Shown here in pieces: positions 1 through 10,084 of a stretch of 64,000 bases of DNA. The notes below the pieces were generated by a model. That model was not told where the DNA came from and ran no database searches. It was given only the letters and a program-made list of their open reading frames with translations. Position 1 is the first letter of the stretch. Every line of letters begins with the position of its first letter. Origin of the DNA: a virus. The DNA lies in the IMG/VR virus record IMGVR_UViG_3300032083_002615, positions 5,452 to 69,451 of that record; one strand, given 5' to 3'. Made by a program: the position numbers and the translations under genes.

Positions 1-129
1 AAATATATAGCCAAATCAGTTTGGAAAGAAAAAATTCGTGATATAGAACAACCACAAGAAAAACCTACAAATAAAAAAACAAACAAGATGTCAAAAGCCC
101 AAAAACGACATCTGAGAAAATCTAAGTAA
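1..129 (+). CDS. 3' end of a gene running in from the left edge (KYIAKSVWKEKIRD...KRHLRKSK*)
   Basis: Frame 1 is open from base 1 to TAA at 127-129, directly abutting the next ATG at 130. Confidence 0.6.
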   Translation, partial: KYIAKSVWKEKIRDIEQPQEKPTNKKTNKMSKAQKRHLRKSK

Positions 130-468
130 ATGATAAATATATTATATACAATAATATTATTTTTAATTTGTAATGTACTTGTCTGGTACCAACTCAATTC
201 TCAACTTGTTTGGGATTGGGCTAAAGGTGCTAAATCAATGTGGGTTATGTCATTATTGGGAATACCAATCAGTATGATGTTTTGGTATGCTACGAAGTTT
301 GGGTATGAAGGTCTTAGTAGTTTATGGCAAGTTAGATTGATTGGATTTTCTATAAGTATGTTTGTTTTTCCATTTATGACCTGGTTATACTTAGGGGAAG
401 TGATTACTTTTAAAATAGGGATTTCTATATTGCTAGCTATTATTATAATGCTATTGCAGTTGCTTTAA
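130..468 (+). CDS. Small 4-TM membrane protein (SMR/DMT-like size and topology)
   Basis: 112 aa with four hydrophobic segments; C-terminal 'LYLGEVITFKIGISILL' resembles the DMT/SMR 'GE' end motif. Confidence 0.55.
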   Translation: MINILYTIILFLICNVLVWYQLNSQLVWDWAKGAKSMWVMSLLGIPISMMFWYATKFGYEGLSSLWQVRLIGFSISMFVFPFMTWLYLGEVITFKIGISILLAIIIMLLQLL

Positions 469-515
469 AAGCTTTTAAGCTTTAATGCTTATTGCTTTAA
501 AGCTTTACTGCTTTA
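462..515. repeat. Seven GCTT(T/A) units at ~8-nt spacing
   Basis: GCTT at 462, 471, 479, 487, 494, 502, 510; followed by a TTGTAACAA direct repeat at ~553-572. Confidence 0.75.
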
Positions 516-575
516 TAAGTAGTGTAGTTTTTTAGAAAACCAGAGAAAAAAATTGTAACAATATTGTAACAAAAG

Positions 576-612
576 AAAAAGCTTGACTTATATATGATTT
601 TATTCTTATATT
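576..612 (+). promoter_or_regulatory. Sigma70-like (early/middle) promoter, class AAAAAGCTTG-N16/17-TTCKTAWATT
   Basis: TTGACT at 583-588 and TATATT at 607-612; ATG only 6 nt downstream; same architecture at 27637 and 52607. Confidence 0.65.
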
Positions 613-618
613 AAAACT

Positions 619-1782
619 ATGATAAATAATTTTTTCGACATAAAAGACGAATTTGATTTCGAAACAGAAAAACAGAATCTAATTGATAATTTAGATATGT
701 TAAAATCTATGCCTGTACAAGAACAAACATTGTATAAGAAATGGTTAGAATTTAATAAAGATGAATCTACTCGTCAGAAGTTTATTAAAAATTATCCTAA
801 AGCAGAAATTCTATATAACAATATATGGAAACCAACAAACATATTAGATAAAGAACTTACCATTAAAGAAATTGAAAACCTTGAACCAATTGTTGAATTA
901 GCTAAAACAGCTGAAACTTGGACTTTGTTAAGAACATTAATATCCACTATGGAGTTCTCAGCAAATCCAGGTAGAAACATTAGATTCTTCGTTAGAGATA
1001 AAGTTACAGGAAAATATCTTGGAGTTATCTCAGTTGGTTCAGATGTAACTTCAATTAAAGTTAGAGATGATTATATTGGTTGGACTAAAGATAATAAATT
1101 TGTAGACCATAAACTTAATCATACTTGTATCGGAACATCAATAGTTCCAACACAACCTTTAGGTTTTAACTTTCTTGGTGGTAAGTTATTATCAGCATTA
1201 GTAACCACATCTACAATAAGAGACCAATGGCAGAAAAACTATAATGAAGTTTTAGTTGGTGTTACCACAACATCTCTGTATGGAGTTCATTCTCAATACA
1301 ATGGAATCCCACATTGGAAAACACTTGGTGAATCAATGGGTAAGATTTCAATTAAACCTGATGATTCTGTATATAAAGTATGGAGTAATTGGTTAAAAGA
1401 AAATCATTTCGAAGAGTTTGATAAAGCCATTAATGCTACAGGTCCTAAACAAAATATTTTAAACAGAGTGTTTAGACATTGTGGTATTAAATTAAAAACA
1501 TATGAACACGGATTTAAACGTGGTGTATTTTTTGCTAATATGTATGATAATGGTTTAGAGTATTTGAGAAATGAAATAGAAGAATCTGAATTAGTTATGA
1601 AGAAAAAGTTTGTAGAAGATTATGATTATATCAATAGATGGTGGAAGAAAAAGGCTATTAAACGATATACAAAATTATTAGAACAAGGTCGTATAAAAGA
1701 TGAGACATTATTTTACAATGATATGTTTAATATGACTTGGGAAGAGGCTAGAGAAAAATATTTAGGAGAAGTAGGAAGATGA
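619..1782 (+). CDS. DUF4338 / Druantia DruA-like protein (Mom/GNAT-related fold), a family common in T4-like phages
   Basis: Motifs NPGRNIRFFVRD..TGKYLGVI, IGW, IVPTQPLGFNFLGGKLL, TTTSLYG..SQY. Confidence 0.7.
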   Translation: MINNFFDIKDEFDFETEKQNLIDNLDMLKSMPVQEQTLYKKWLEFNKDESTRQKFIKNYPKAEILYNNIWKPTNILDKELTIKEIENLEPIVELAKTAETWTLLRTLISTMEFSANPGRNIRFFVRDKVTGKYLGVISVGSDVTSIKVRDDYIGWTKDNKFVDHKLNHTCIGTSIVPTQPLGFNFLGGKLLSALVTTSTIRDQWQKNYNEVLVGVTTTSLYGVHSQYNGIPHWKTLGESMGKISIKPDDSVYKVWSNWLKENHFEEFDKAINATGPKQNILNRVFRHCGIKLKTYEHGFKRGVFFANMYDNGLEYLRNEIEESELVMKKKFVEDYDYINRWWKKKAIKRYTKLLEQGRIKDETLFYNDMFNMTWEEAREKYLGEVGR

Positions 1783-2504
1783 TAAATCAAGAACAAATGG
1801 ATAACAATTGGAATGAGTTAATGTCAATCATTGATAAACATTTTGATGGTAAACAAAAAGAAAATATTTTGAAGTTACATAGTGACTTTGAAACAGAATA
1901 TAAAACTGCACCAGCATCTGGTAGACCAAACTACCACAATTGTTTTAAAGGTGGTTATCTTGACCATGTTTTACATGTGATTAAAAATTCACTAATGATT
2001 AAGAAACAATATGAAATGAATGGTGTTAAAGTAATACATTCAGATTCTGATGTTGTGTTAGCAGCTATGTTTCACGATTTAGGTAAACTTGGCGATGGTA
2101 CACAACCTTATTACAAATATCAAACTGATGATTGGAGAAGAAAAAAACTAAAAGAGTATTATACTCATAACAAAGATTTAGATTATATGACAGTTCATGA
2201 TAGAGCTTTATGGTTGTTAGCTAAATATCACGTTGATGTTAATCCACATGTTTACAAAGCTATTTTATGTGCTGATGGTTTATTCGACCCAGCAGCTGAA
2301 ACTTATTTTAAATCTTATGTAGATACAAGACATGTTCTTGGTTCAATAGTTCACTTCGGTGATTGGTTATCTACGATTTGTGAAAAACAAACTTGGTTAC
2401 AAGGTGAAGAAGAACATTCAGATGAAGCTGAAACTAAATTCAAAGAAGTTCCAAAAGAACAAATTGATAATATGAAAGCTAAGTTTGACGAGCTTTTTAA
2501 TTAG
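1779..2504 (+). CDS. HD-domain phosphohydrolase (YhaM-like)
   Basis: APAS..YH..F.GGYLDHVLHV, AAMFHDLGK, HFGD motifs; ATGA overlap with the upstream gene. Confidence 0.85.
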   Translation: MINQEQMDNNWNELMSIIDKHFDGKQKENILKLHSDFETEYKTAPASGRPNYHNCFKGGYLDHVLHVIKNSLMIKKQYEMNGVKVIHSDSDVVLAAMFHDLGKLGDGTQPYYKYQTDDWRRKKLKEYYTHNKDLDYMTVHDRALWLLAKYHVDVNPHVYKAILCADGLFDPAAETYFKSYVDTRHVLGSIVHFGDWLSTICEKQTWLQGEEEHSDEAETKFKEVPKEQIDNMKAKFDELFN

Positions 2505-2513
2505 GAGATTATT

Positions 2514-2792
2514 ATGTGGATATTTTTAACAATATTATTTTTTATAATTAGTATCTTTACATCTACACTGGTGTATTACTCTTTACGAAGAATAACACAA
2601 TACGAAGAATTAATTTTAGAAATTCAACAAGTGATTAAATTCTCAACAGAGAAAATGAAGCTTGTTGATTCTAAAGGACATTATGAATCAGATGATGAGA
2701 CTGGTTTTTTCTTTGAACAATTAAAACAAATACAATTATCTCTTGATGAGATATTTGAAGAGGAGACACAAGATGCCAAAAAAGAAAGCTAA
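2514..2792 (+). CDS. Hypothetical protein with N-terminal membrane anchor
   Basis: AGGAG SD; hydrophobic first ~24 aa followed by a helical region. Confidence 0.7.
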   Translation: MWIFLTILFFIISIFTSTLVYYSLRRITQYEELILEIQQVIKFSTEKMKLVDSKGHYESDDETGFFFEQLKQIQLSLDEIFEEETQDAKKES

Positions 2793-3474
2793 AAGAAAAG
2801 TATATTTTGGAAAAGAAGTTCAAGACGCAATTATAGATTATAATTCTTCAACAGACCACGAAGAACGAAATGTTATTTATCAACATAGAATACATAAAGC
2901 ATTTGACAAGTTAGCTGAGAATATAATTAATACTTTTAAATTTACTTATTTTGATTATGGGTTTGAAGATATTAAACATGAAGTAGTGGCTTTTATGGTA
3001 ATGAATATGCACAAATATGACCACACCAAAGGTTCAAAAGCATTTAGTTATTTTTCAGTTGTGGCTAAAAATTATTTGATTCTTCACAATAATAACAATT
3101 ACAAAAAATTAAAATCTCACGATAATATGGACGCATTGGATAGACAAAGTAAATCAACTGGTTTTAAAGAATCTGATTACACAACATTAACAGAAGAAAT
3201 TGTTGAATACTTTGATAATAATATGAACACTATATTTAAAAAAGATAGAGATTTAAGAATCGGATATGCTATTATTGACTTAATGAAACAAAGAGAAGAT
3301 ATTGAAAACTTTAATAAAAAAGCTATTTACATTTTGATTAGAGAAATGACTGATGTAGAAACCACACATATAACATCAGTTGTCAATACTTTAAAAAAAC
3401 ACTATAAAAAACTATTGGATAAATACTATACCAATGGTTCAATCCTCTTCAATTCATCAAGTTCATTCTTTTAA
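2773..3474 (+). CDS. Phage sigma factor, T4 gp55-like late-transcription sigma
   Basis: YF..EVQDAIIDY, KLAENIINTFKF, region-2-like 'HKYDHTKGSKAFSYFSVVAKNYLI'; start moved to ATG 2773 behind AGGAG at 2761-2765. Confidence 0.7.
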   Translation: MPKKKAKRKVYFGKEVQDAIIDYNSSTDHEERNVIYQHRIHKAFDKLAENIINTFKFTYFDYGFEDIKHEVVAFMVMNMHKYDHTKGSKAFSYFSVVAKNYLILHNNNNYKKLKSHDNMDALDRQSKSTGFKESDYTTLTEEIVEYFDNNMNTIFKKDRDLRIGYAIIDLMKQREDIENFNKKAIYILIREMTDVETTHITSVVNTLKKHYKKLLDKYYTNGSILFNSSSSFF

Positions 3475-3480
3475 ATAATT

Positions 3481-3504
3481 AACCCACTTCATTGTGGGTT
3501 TTTT
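3481..3504 (+). terminator. Rho-independent terminator
   Basis: AACCCAC-ttcatt-GTGGGTT stem followed by a T-run, just after the sigma gene stop. Confidence 0.85.
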
Positions 3505-3530
3505 ATTTCATTCAATTTCTTACAAATTTA

Positions 3531-3545
3531 ATATTTATATATGAA
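3531..3545 (+). promoter_or_regulatory. Putative late promoter ATATTTATATATGAA
   Basis: Identical 15-mer occurs in intergenic gaps upstream of operons at 24353, 32058, 45258, 60906, and as a variant at 55628. Confidence 0.75.
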
Positions 3546-3568
3546 TAAGTACATTCAGAGGAGATTGT

Positions 3569-3967
3569 ATGTCAGACGGAAAAGAAATATTTGAGGGGAA
3601 AACCTTTCAAGACTTAACAAAAGATATTTACGAAAATACTTCAAAACGTAAAGTTCAAATAGATTTGTTAATATCAGAAATACACGGATTCATTACAACC
3701 ATAGATGATGTGGTATTGGTTGCACCTATTATAAAAGAATATATGGATACAGCTGTTCGTAATGACGAACACTTGGTAAAACTTGCTGGTGTATTACAAA
3801 GAATCATTTCTAAATCACAGGGTGAATCCGATGAATCAATGTTATTAAGTGATGAAGAAAAAGCGGAATTAATGGGAACACTTCAAGATACAGTAGAAGA
3901 TTTACAAAGAGAAAGTGATAAACTTGAGGCTACAAAAAACAAAACAATTGATTTGGGGACTAACTAA
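3569..3967 (+). CDS. Hypothetical helical protein, first gene of the baseplate operon
   Basis: GAGGAG SD, 132 aa ORF. Confidence 0.7.
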   Translation: MSDGKEIFEGKTFQDLTKDIYENTSKRKVQIDLLISEIHGFITTIDDVVLVAPIIKEYMDTAVRNDEHLVKLAGVLQRIISKSQGESDESMLLSDEEKAELMGTLQDTVEDLQRESDKLEATKNKTIDLGTN

Positions 3968-5247
3968 TGGGTTCAGTATTTGTAACACAACCTGATAGAA
4001 CTGTAAAAGGATTTTTAAATAAAGAATATCCTGTTCCTTTTTATTTACAATTTGTAGCTGGTTATTGTGTTGAAGTAGTGCATTCAGAAGAAAGTTTAAG
4101 ATACAATGGACCAGAATCTATAAATTCAATCATAGCTTTACCACATTATACTGATAAAGTTTATAAGACAAGAGCTAGTGCTGGTGAGGAATATAGATAC
4201 TATCCTTTGTTAAGAACAATAAATGATGTTCCCTCAAAGGGAGACCCCGTATTGTTGTGTACGATTGGTAAAATAAAATATTATCTTGGACCATTGAATA
4301 CAAATGCCAATAGTCCAACTTGGAATGATGACCCATCATTTAGACGTGAATTAGTTTTAACAAATAAAAATATTGGCCAAGTTAGTCCAAGAGGTTTAAA
4401 AGGTGAGAGTCCTAATTTTAATAAAGAATTATCTTACAGTAGATTAACTAAAAAAAGAGAAATTGGTTTGGATTATGGTAACGCTATTAATGAAACCACT
4501 GGTGATACAATAATTGAAGGTAGACATGGTAATAGTTTAAGAATAGGAAGTCGTAGTAACAATCCATATGTATTCATATCAAACAAAAGATTTCCAGATA
4601 ATAACTTAGAGAGTATCGGTGATGGTAGTTTAATCAGTGTAACATCAAATGGTTCTTTAAGACAACATTTTAAAAATTTATTTGATGAAGATGGTAATCC
4701 AATCACATTTCAATTATCATCTGATAGTGTTGAAGGTAACACATATCCAATTGGTGATATTCAATCTGATTTAAATAATGGTGCTGACTCTGATGAAACA
4801 ATTTACCAATATGGCTCAGTAGACACTGGTGAACTTGATGAAAATGGTGAGAGAATTTTTGAAGGAACTAATGCAAATCAAATTTTATTCCATTCGGATA
4901 GAATAACTTTAAATTCTAAACTTGATGATATTTTTGTATCATCAATAAAAGATATACACATTGGTGCTGGAAGGCATATATCAATTGGGTCTGCTGATAC
5001 TTTGAATCTTTTATCATCAAATGTAAATATTGGTAATAGAGAACGAGCTTTTGAAATGCAACCAATGGTGTTGGGTGATACATTGAAAGAGGTATTGACT
5101 AAAATTATAAATTTAATACCAACAATAACAATTCCTACAAGTCTTGGACCTCAAGTTCCAACACCAGATATACAAACTAAAGTAACGGAAATTACAACAC
5201 TTATTGATAGTATTACAAGTGCTTATCATAACATTGAAGGAAACTAA
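3967..5247 (+). CDS. Baseplate hub/central spike protein (gp5/VgrG-like OB-fold N-terminus, beta-rich C-terminus)
   Basis: YYPL....DVPSKGDPVLL, GDTIIEGRHGNSLRIGS, QILFHSDRITLNSK, QPMVLGD; lies upstream of gp25/gp6-like genes. Confidence 0.6.
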   Translation: MGSVFVTQPDRTVKGFLNKEYPVPFYLQFVAGYCVEVVHSEESLRYNGPESINSIIALPHYTDKVYKTRASAGEEYRYYPLLRTINDVPSKGDPVLLCTIGKIKYYLGPLNTNANSPTWNDDPSFRRELVLTNKNIGQVSPRGLKGESPNFNKELSYSRLTKKREIGLDYGNAINETTGDTIIEGRHGNSLRIGSRSNNPYVFISNKRFPDNNLESIGDGSLISVTSNGSLRQHFKNLFDEDGNPITFQLSSDSVEGNTYPIGDIQSDLNNGADSDETIYQYGSVDTGELDENGERIFEGTNANQILFHSDRITLNSKLDDIFVSSIKDIHIGAGRHISIGSADTLNLLSSNVNIGNRERAFEMQPMVLGDTLKEVLTKIINLIPTITIPTSLGPQVPTPDIQTKVTEITTLIDSITSAYHNIEGN

Positions 5248-5257
5248 AGAGGTAATT

Positions 5258-5656
5258 ATGAAAAAGAAAAAACCAAATATAAAAACTATAATCAGACAAA
5301 TCGTTAGAGAAGAAGTTGCGATGGCTATTAAAGAGGTAATAACCGAATTAAATAAACCAACTGAATCTCAACCAAAACCACAAAAGAAAATAGTTGAGAA
5401 AAAATCATTTACATCTAATTCAGTATTGAATGATGTATTGAATGAAACAGCTCAAGATGATGAATGGAAAACAATGGGTGGTGGACAATATACTTCAGAT
5501 AGAATGAATGAAGTTATTGGGAAGAACTATGGTGATATGATGAATGGAACACAACCAGTTCCATCAAGTGACCCAATGAGTCAGTTCTTAAATAAAGATT
5601 ATAGTCAGGTATTAGAAAAGTCAATAGAAAAATCTAAAAACAAACTTGGAAGATAA
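5258..5656 (+). CDS. Hypothetical virion-associated protein
   Basis: Start moved to ATG 5258 after GAGG SD; 'IKTIIRQIVREEV' and 'LNE' motifs. Confidence 0.65.
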   Translation: MKKKKPNIKTIIRQIVREEVAMAIKEVITELNKPTESQPKPQKKIVEKKSFTSNSVLNDVLNETAQDDEWKTMGGGQYTSDRMNEVIGKNYGDMMNGTQPVPSSDPMSQFLNKDYSQVLEKSIEKSKNKLGR

Positions 5657-5658
5657 CA

Positions 5659-6204
5659 GTGGGATTAAGACAAAAATTAATTGATGCTAAGGTAGATGCT
5701 TTACAAGAATCAGCACAAGAATCTATTGAAGTAGATACAGGCCCTAATTCTTATATTTATTTAGAGGCCGATAAAACAGCTAGAGCTATTCTTGAAACAT
5801 TAAGTGAAGCTAACTTAACCATAACTCAATTAAAAGCTCCTGTTGTGGTTGAGAGTTTGAAAACACCTGACCAACCTGTAAACATAGAATTAGAAACTTT
5901 GTTAGGTGAATATCAACCTGTGTTAAAGGCATTGAGAAAAATAGGTGACCCACTTGGACTTGGTGGTATAATAGATAAGTTAGAGGGTGAAATTGAAAAA
6001 GCTATAACACCATTATTGGAGGGTGGTGCTAAATTAGCTGGATTGGATTTGGGAAAAGATGCTGGTGGTTTAGAATCAATTGGTTATGTTTACATAGGTG
6101 AAGACCCTGATTCTGTTGAAGATTTTGATGTAGAGGATGAAGATGGTCAAAGAGAAAACACAACTGTTCATTTATCAGTTGAAGATATTGAGGACTTAAT
6201 TTAA
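5659..6204 (+). CDS. Hypothetical acidic protein in the baseplate cluster
   Basis: 181 aa ORF tightly packed between neighbours (GTG start). Confidence 0.65.
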   Translation: MGLRQKLIDAKVDALQESAQESIEVDTGPNSYIYLEADKTARAILETLSEANLTITQLKAPVVVESLKTPDQPVNIELETLLGEYQPVLKALRKIGDPLGLGGIIDKLEGEIEKAITPLLEGGAKLAGLDLGKDAGGLESIGYVYIGEDPDSVEDFDVEDEDGQRENTTVHLSVEDIEDLI

Positions 6205-6695
6205 TGGCTATAAAAGATACATCAAGAAAACCATATATTCAAGATAATGATACTCGTGTAAAAGTTGGTATTGATTTACCGATTCGTAGGGGTGATGGAT
6301 TGGATGGATTTTTTGCAACCACTTCAACAACCATTGAAGCTGTAAAAAACAATATAAGAAATTTATTACAAACAGAAGAAGGTGAGAGATTTTTCCAACC
6401 AAATTTAGGAATAGGATTAAGGCGATTATTATTTGAACACATTACAAATGAAAATTTAATCGGTGTACAAGATGCCATATTGGATAAGATGGAATTTTGG
6501 TTACCTTTTGTAGAAGTAAGAAACATACAAGTTTTAAGTAGAGACGACTCTACGGACATAGGAGTAAATGAAATCAGAGTAAAAATAGATTTTAACATTA
6601 AACAAGACCCAAACACTTTGGATTCAATAACATTAGATTTTTCATCTGATATATCAGAACCTGAATCCTCAATAACTAGTGGTGGTGGATATTAA
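6204..6695 (+). CDS. Baseplate wedge protein, T4 gp25-like
   Basis: EAVKNNIRNLLQTEEGERFFQPNLGIGLRRLLFE...WLPFVEV is the GPW/gp25 signature. Confidence 0.9.
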   Translation: MAIKDTSRKPYIQDNDTRVKVGIDLPIRRGDGLDGFFATTSTTIEAVKNNIRNLLQTEEGERFFQPNLGIGLRRLLFEHITNENLIGVQDAILDKMEFWLPFVEVRNIQVLSRDDSTDIGVNEIRVKIDFNIKQDPNTLDSITLDFSSDISEPESSITSGGGY

Positions 6696-6708
6696 TTGGA
6701 GATAAAAA

Positions 6709-8961
6709 ATGCCAACATATGGTAATGAAAATTTTAAAGAATCAAATGTAAATTATTTAAATAAAGATTTTTCAGCATTAAAACAATCATTGATGAATTA
6801 TGCTAAATCTTATTTTCCAGATACTTATCGTGATTTTAATGAAACATCACCTGGTATGATGTTATTGGAAATGAACGCTTATGTGGGTGATGTATTGTCA
6901 TTTTATATTGACCAACAATATCGTGAATTATTATTACCATTAGCTGAAGAAAGAAGAAACATAATCACAATGGCTAAAATGTTTGGTTATAAAGTTAAAC
7001 CAATTGTTCCAGCTTATGTTGATTTAACCTTTACATCAAATGTTGATGTTGATAGTGGTGATACATCAAAAGTAGATTATGATAATGCTGGTGTGTTTGA
7101 CCCAGGTATTGAAATAGTTTCATCAACTAATTCAAACACAACCTTTGTAACATTAGAACCAATTGATTTTAAAATAGAGCAAGAGAATGATACTAATACA
7201 ATTGGAACAACTGCTGATACTGGTTTAGCTTCAACCTATACATTATCAAGAACCGTAAGAGCCGTAAGTGCAACTGAAAAAACAATTACATTCCAAGTTG
7301 GAATACCTGAAAAATTTAAAACACTTACCATACCAGATACTAATGTGATTGATATTATTTCTTGTGTGGATTCGAATAATAACAATTGGTATGAAGTTGA
7401 TTTCTTAGCACAAGACAAAGTTCCAATTTCAACTCATTATACTGATGATGTGGATAGAGAATCTGCATACATTGATTTTCAAGGTAATACATCAGTAGAA
7501 GCCGTACCTTATTCATTGACTTACATCACATCACCGAAAAGATTTACTCGTGAAACAAATCAAGACAATACGACTTCACTTGTGTTTGGTAATGGAGTTC
7601 TAAAAGATGGGGAAACTATTGATGATGGGTTTATTGATATGGAACAAGTTGGAATCATAATACCTGGACAAACAAATGATTTAAATCAATCTATCGACCC
7701 ATTGTTAGGTGATGAGTATTCAACATTAGGTGAAACACCAAACAATACAACTTTAACAATTACTTATCGTGTTGGTGGTGGAATTAATTCAAATGTCCCA
7801 AGTGGTGATTTAACCACTTTACCAACTGTATCAGCTGTATTAGGAACATCTACTTTAACAAGTGTAACTAATGATACACCAGCTCGTGGTGGTAAAGATG
7901 AAGAGGATACGATTGAAATAAAAGAAAAGGCCAAAGCTTTTTTCTCAACACAAAACAGATGTGTGACTAAAGAAGATTATGAAGCGAGAGTATTAAACAT
8001 TCCAGCTAAGTTTGGAAACATAGCAAAAGCATATGTGACAAGAGAAGCTCCTGAAATTGCTGGTGATTCTAATTTAACACAATTACAAAACTATTTTAAT
8101 GATATAGATAGTGGTGTTACTTTTTTCCGAAACTACATTAATTCACCACAATTTACATTAAATTTAAACAACTTAATCGATGGGACAGGCAATATCGAAA
8201 CAGTGATAAATGGATTGGATGCCATTCTAGCATCAGAGATTGACAATATTGAACAACCTGATATAAGTAATTTAGCTAGAGAATTGGAATTAGGAACAAT
8301 AAACATTTATGTATTGGGATATAATAATAAAAAACAATTAGTTGGTAATCCACACTCGAATATATTAGGAACTGATGATAATTTACCAACAACTTTAACA
8401 TCAAATCTAAAAAATTATTTAAATAACTTTAAAATATTGACTGATGTTGTAACAATCAATGATGGGTACATTGTAAACTTTGGGGTGTTTTTTGATGTCA
8501 TAGCTGAAAAATATGCTGATAAACAAAAAGTAAAATTAGATTGTATACAAAAAATAAAAGATTATTTTAGAATTGAAAAAATGCAATTCAATCAACCAAT
8601 TTATAAAAGTAATTTAGAATTTGAATTAATGGGTGTTGAAGGTGTTCGTTCAATTGGACATGTAACCATTACACAAGAGAATGATTATTTTATTCCTGAT
8701 GGTGGAGGTGAAAATTTAGATTCACCAACATATACTTATTCATTTGATAATAGTGTACTTGAAGTTGATATAGATGGTGAACCTGGAGAAGATGGAACTT
8801 TTGTAATAGCTGATGGTGGTACAGATGGTTATGGTTATAAATATGATTTTGCAAGAGCACTATCGGAAGATGGTACAATTATAGTTCCACCAAATGTGGC
8901 AACACCAACGGTTTTTGAATTAAAGAATCCAAACCAAAACATACAAGGGAGAGTTAGATAA
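6709..8961 (+). CDS. Baseplate wedge protein, T4 gp6 / baseplate J-like
   Basis: KDFSALKQSL..YAK.YFP..Y.DF, AYVGDVLSFYID, FGNG, YRVGGG..SNV, QNRCVTKEDYE. Confidence 0.9.
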   Translation: MPTYGNENFKESNVNYLNKDFSALKQSLMNYAKSYFPDTYRDFNETSPGMMLLEMNAYVGDVLSFYIDQQYRELLLPLAEERRNIITMAKMFGYKVKPIVPAYVDLTFTSNVDVDSGDTSKVDYDNAGVFDPGIEIVSSTNSNTTFVTLEPIDFKIEQENDTNTIGTTADTGLASTYTLSRTVRAVSATEKTITFQVGIPEKFKTLTIPDTNVIDIISCVDSNNNNWYEVDFLAQDKVPISTHYTDDVDRESAYIDFQGNTSVEAVPYSLTYITSPKRFTRETNQDNTTSLVFGNGVLKDGETIDDGFIDMEQVGIIIPGQTNDLNQSIDPLLGDEYSTLGETPNNTTLTITYRVGGGINSNVPSGDLTTLPTVSAVLGTSTLTSVTNDTPARGGKDEEDTIEIKEKAKAFFSTQNRCVTKEDYEARVLNIPAKFGNIAKAYVTREAPEIAGDSNLTQLQNYFNDIDSGVTFFRNYINSPQFTLNLNNLIDGTGNIETVINGLDAILASEIDNIEQPDISNLARELELGTINIYVLGYNNKKQLVGNPHSNILGTDDNLPTTLTSNLKNYLNNFKILTDVVTINDGYIVNFGVFFDVIAEKYADKQKVKLDCIQKIKDYFRIEKMQFNQPIYKSNLEFELMGVEGVRSIGHVTITQENDYFIPDGGGENLDSPTYTYSFDNSVLEVDIDGEPGEDGTFVIADGGTDGYGYKYDFARALSEDGTIIVPPNVATPTVFELKNPNQNIQGRVR

Positions 8962-10082
8962 TGCATCATTTTATTTTTCCAAATCAAGACACTTGGATTT
9001 CAAGTGGTTCAAATAAAATAACAGGTGAAACTTTTACAGACCAAAACTTTGGACGAGACCAAATACTTGAAGTCAAGAAAGAATTTGATAATTTTTCATT
9101 TGATTTTCCAACAAGAGCATTGGTTCAATTTAGTGGAACGGAATTTACAGAATTGTCTAAATCAGTAGCGGATGGAACAATAGCTTCTGATGCAAAATAC
9201 TATTTAAGACTTTATGAAGCTGAAGGTAATGCAGAAATGACAGAAGAATATACTTTAGCTATTCAACCAATATCACAATCTTGGGATGAAGGTACAGGTA
9301 AATTTGGTGACAATCCAAAAAATACTAATGGTTGTAGTTTTGATAATCGTAGTAATCCAATTGGTGGAACTGCAACTGCTTGGGCTGATGTGGGTGGTAC
9401 AGTCTTGAGTGTTAGTCAATCAACACAAGCTTTTTCAAATCAGTCACCTGATGTAAATGTAGAAGTAACCGATATGGTAAATATGTGGTTAGAGGGTAAA
9501 GAAGAAAACTATGGAATGTTAATTCGTTTTAGTGGAAGTCAAGAAACAGATTCAACAACATTGGGTAATTTAAAATTCTTTTCAAGAAACACACATACGA
9601 TTTTCTCACCAAGATTAGAAGTTCGTTGGGATGACCATATTGCTTGCAGTGGTTCAAACACAGGTTCATTAACTCAAATAACATCAAGTGGATTAGCTGA
9701 TAACTTTTTATATATGAAAGGATTACGAGAAAGTTATAAAGTAGGTGAGCGAGTTAAGTTTAGAGTTGGTGCTAGAAAAAGATATATTCAAAAAACTTTT
9801 TCTACATCAGTTCAAACCGTAACTGGTTCATTCATACCTGAAAACAGTGGTTCATATGCTATTAAAGATGTGGCTACTGATGAGTTCATTGTTCCATTTG
9901 AAGATAATCAAGATACAAGTTATACAAAACTTAGTTGTGATAGTGATTCAAATTATTTCATTCAATACTTGGATGGTTTCTATCCTGATAGAGTTTATAA
10001 AATTTTATTAAAATTAAAATTAGATGATGGGCAGGAACAAGTATTTGATGATGATTTTGAATTTGTAGTGAAAAGGAAATAG
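8961..10082 (+). CDS. Virion structural protein (DNRLRE-like beta-sandwich)
   Basis: DTWI..., RALVQF, SQSWDEGTG, ENYGMLIR, KFFSRNTHTIFSPRLEVRWDD. Confidence 0.6.
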   Translation: MHHFIFPNQDTWISSGSNKITGETFTDQNFGRDQILEVKKEFDNFSFDFPTRALVQFSGTEFTELSKSVADGTIASDAKYYLRLYEAEGNAEMTEEYTLAIQPISQSWDEGTGKFGDNPKNTNGCSFDNRSNPIGGTATAWADVGGTVLSVSQSTQAFSNQSPDVNVEVTDMVNMWLEGKEENYGMLIRFSGSQETDSTTLGNLKFFSRNTHTIFSPRLEVRWDDHIACSGSNTGSLTQITSSGLADNFLYMKGLRESYKVGERVKFRVGARKRYIQKTFSTSVQTVTGSFIPENSGSYAIKDVATDEFIVPFEDNQDTSYTKLSCDSDSNYFIQYLDGFYPDRVYKILLKLKLDDGQEQVFDDDFEFVVKRK

Positions 10083-10084
10083 TT

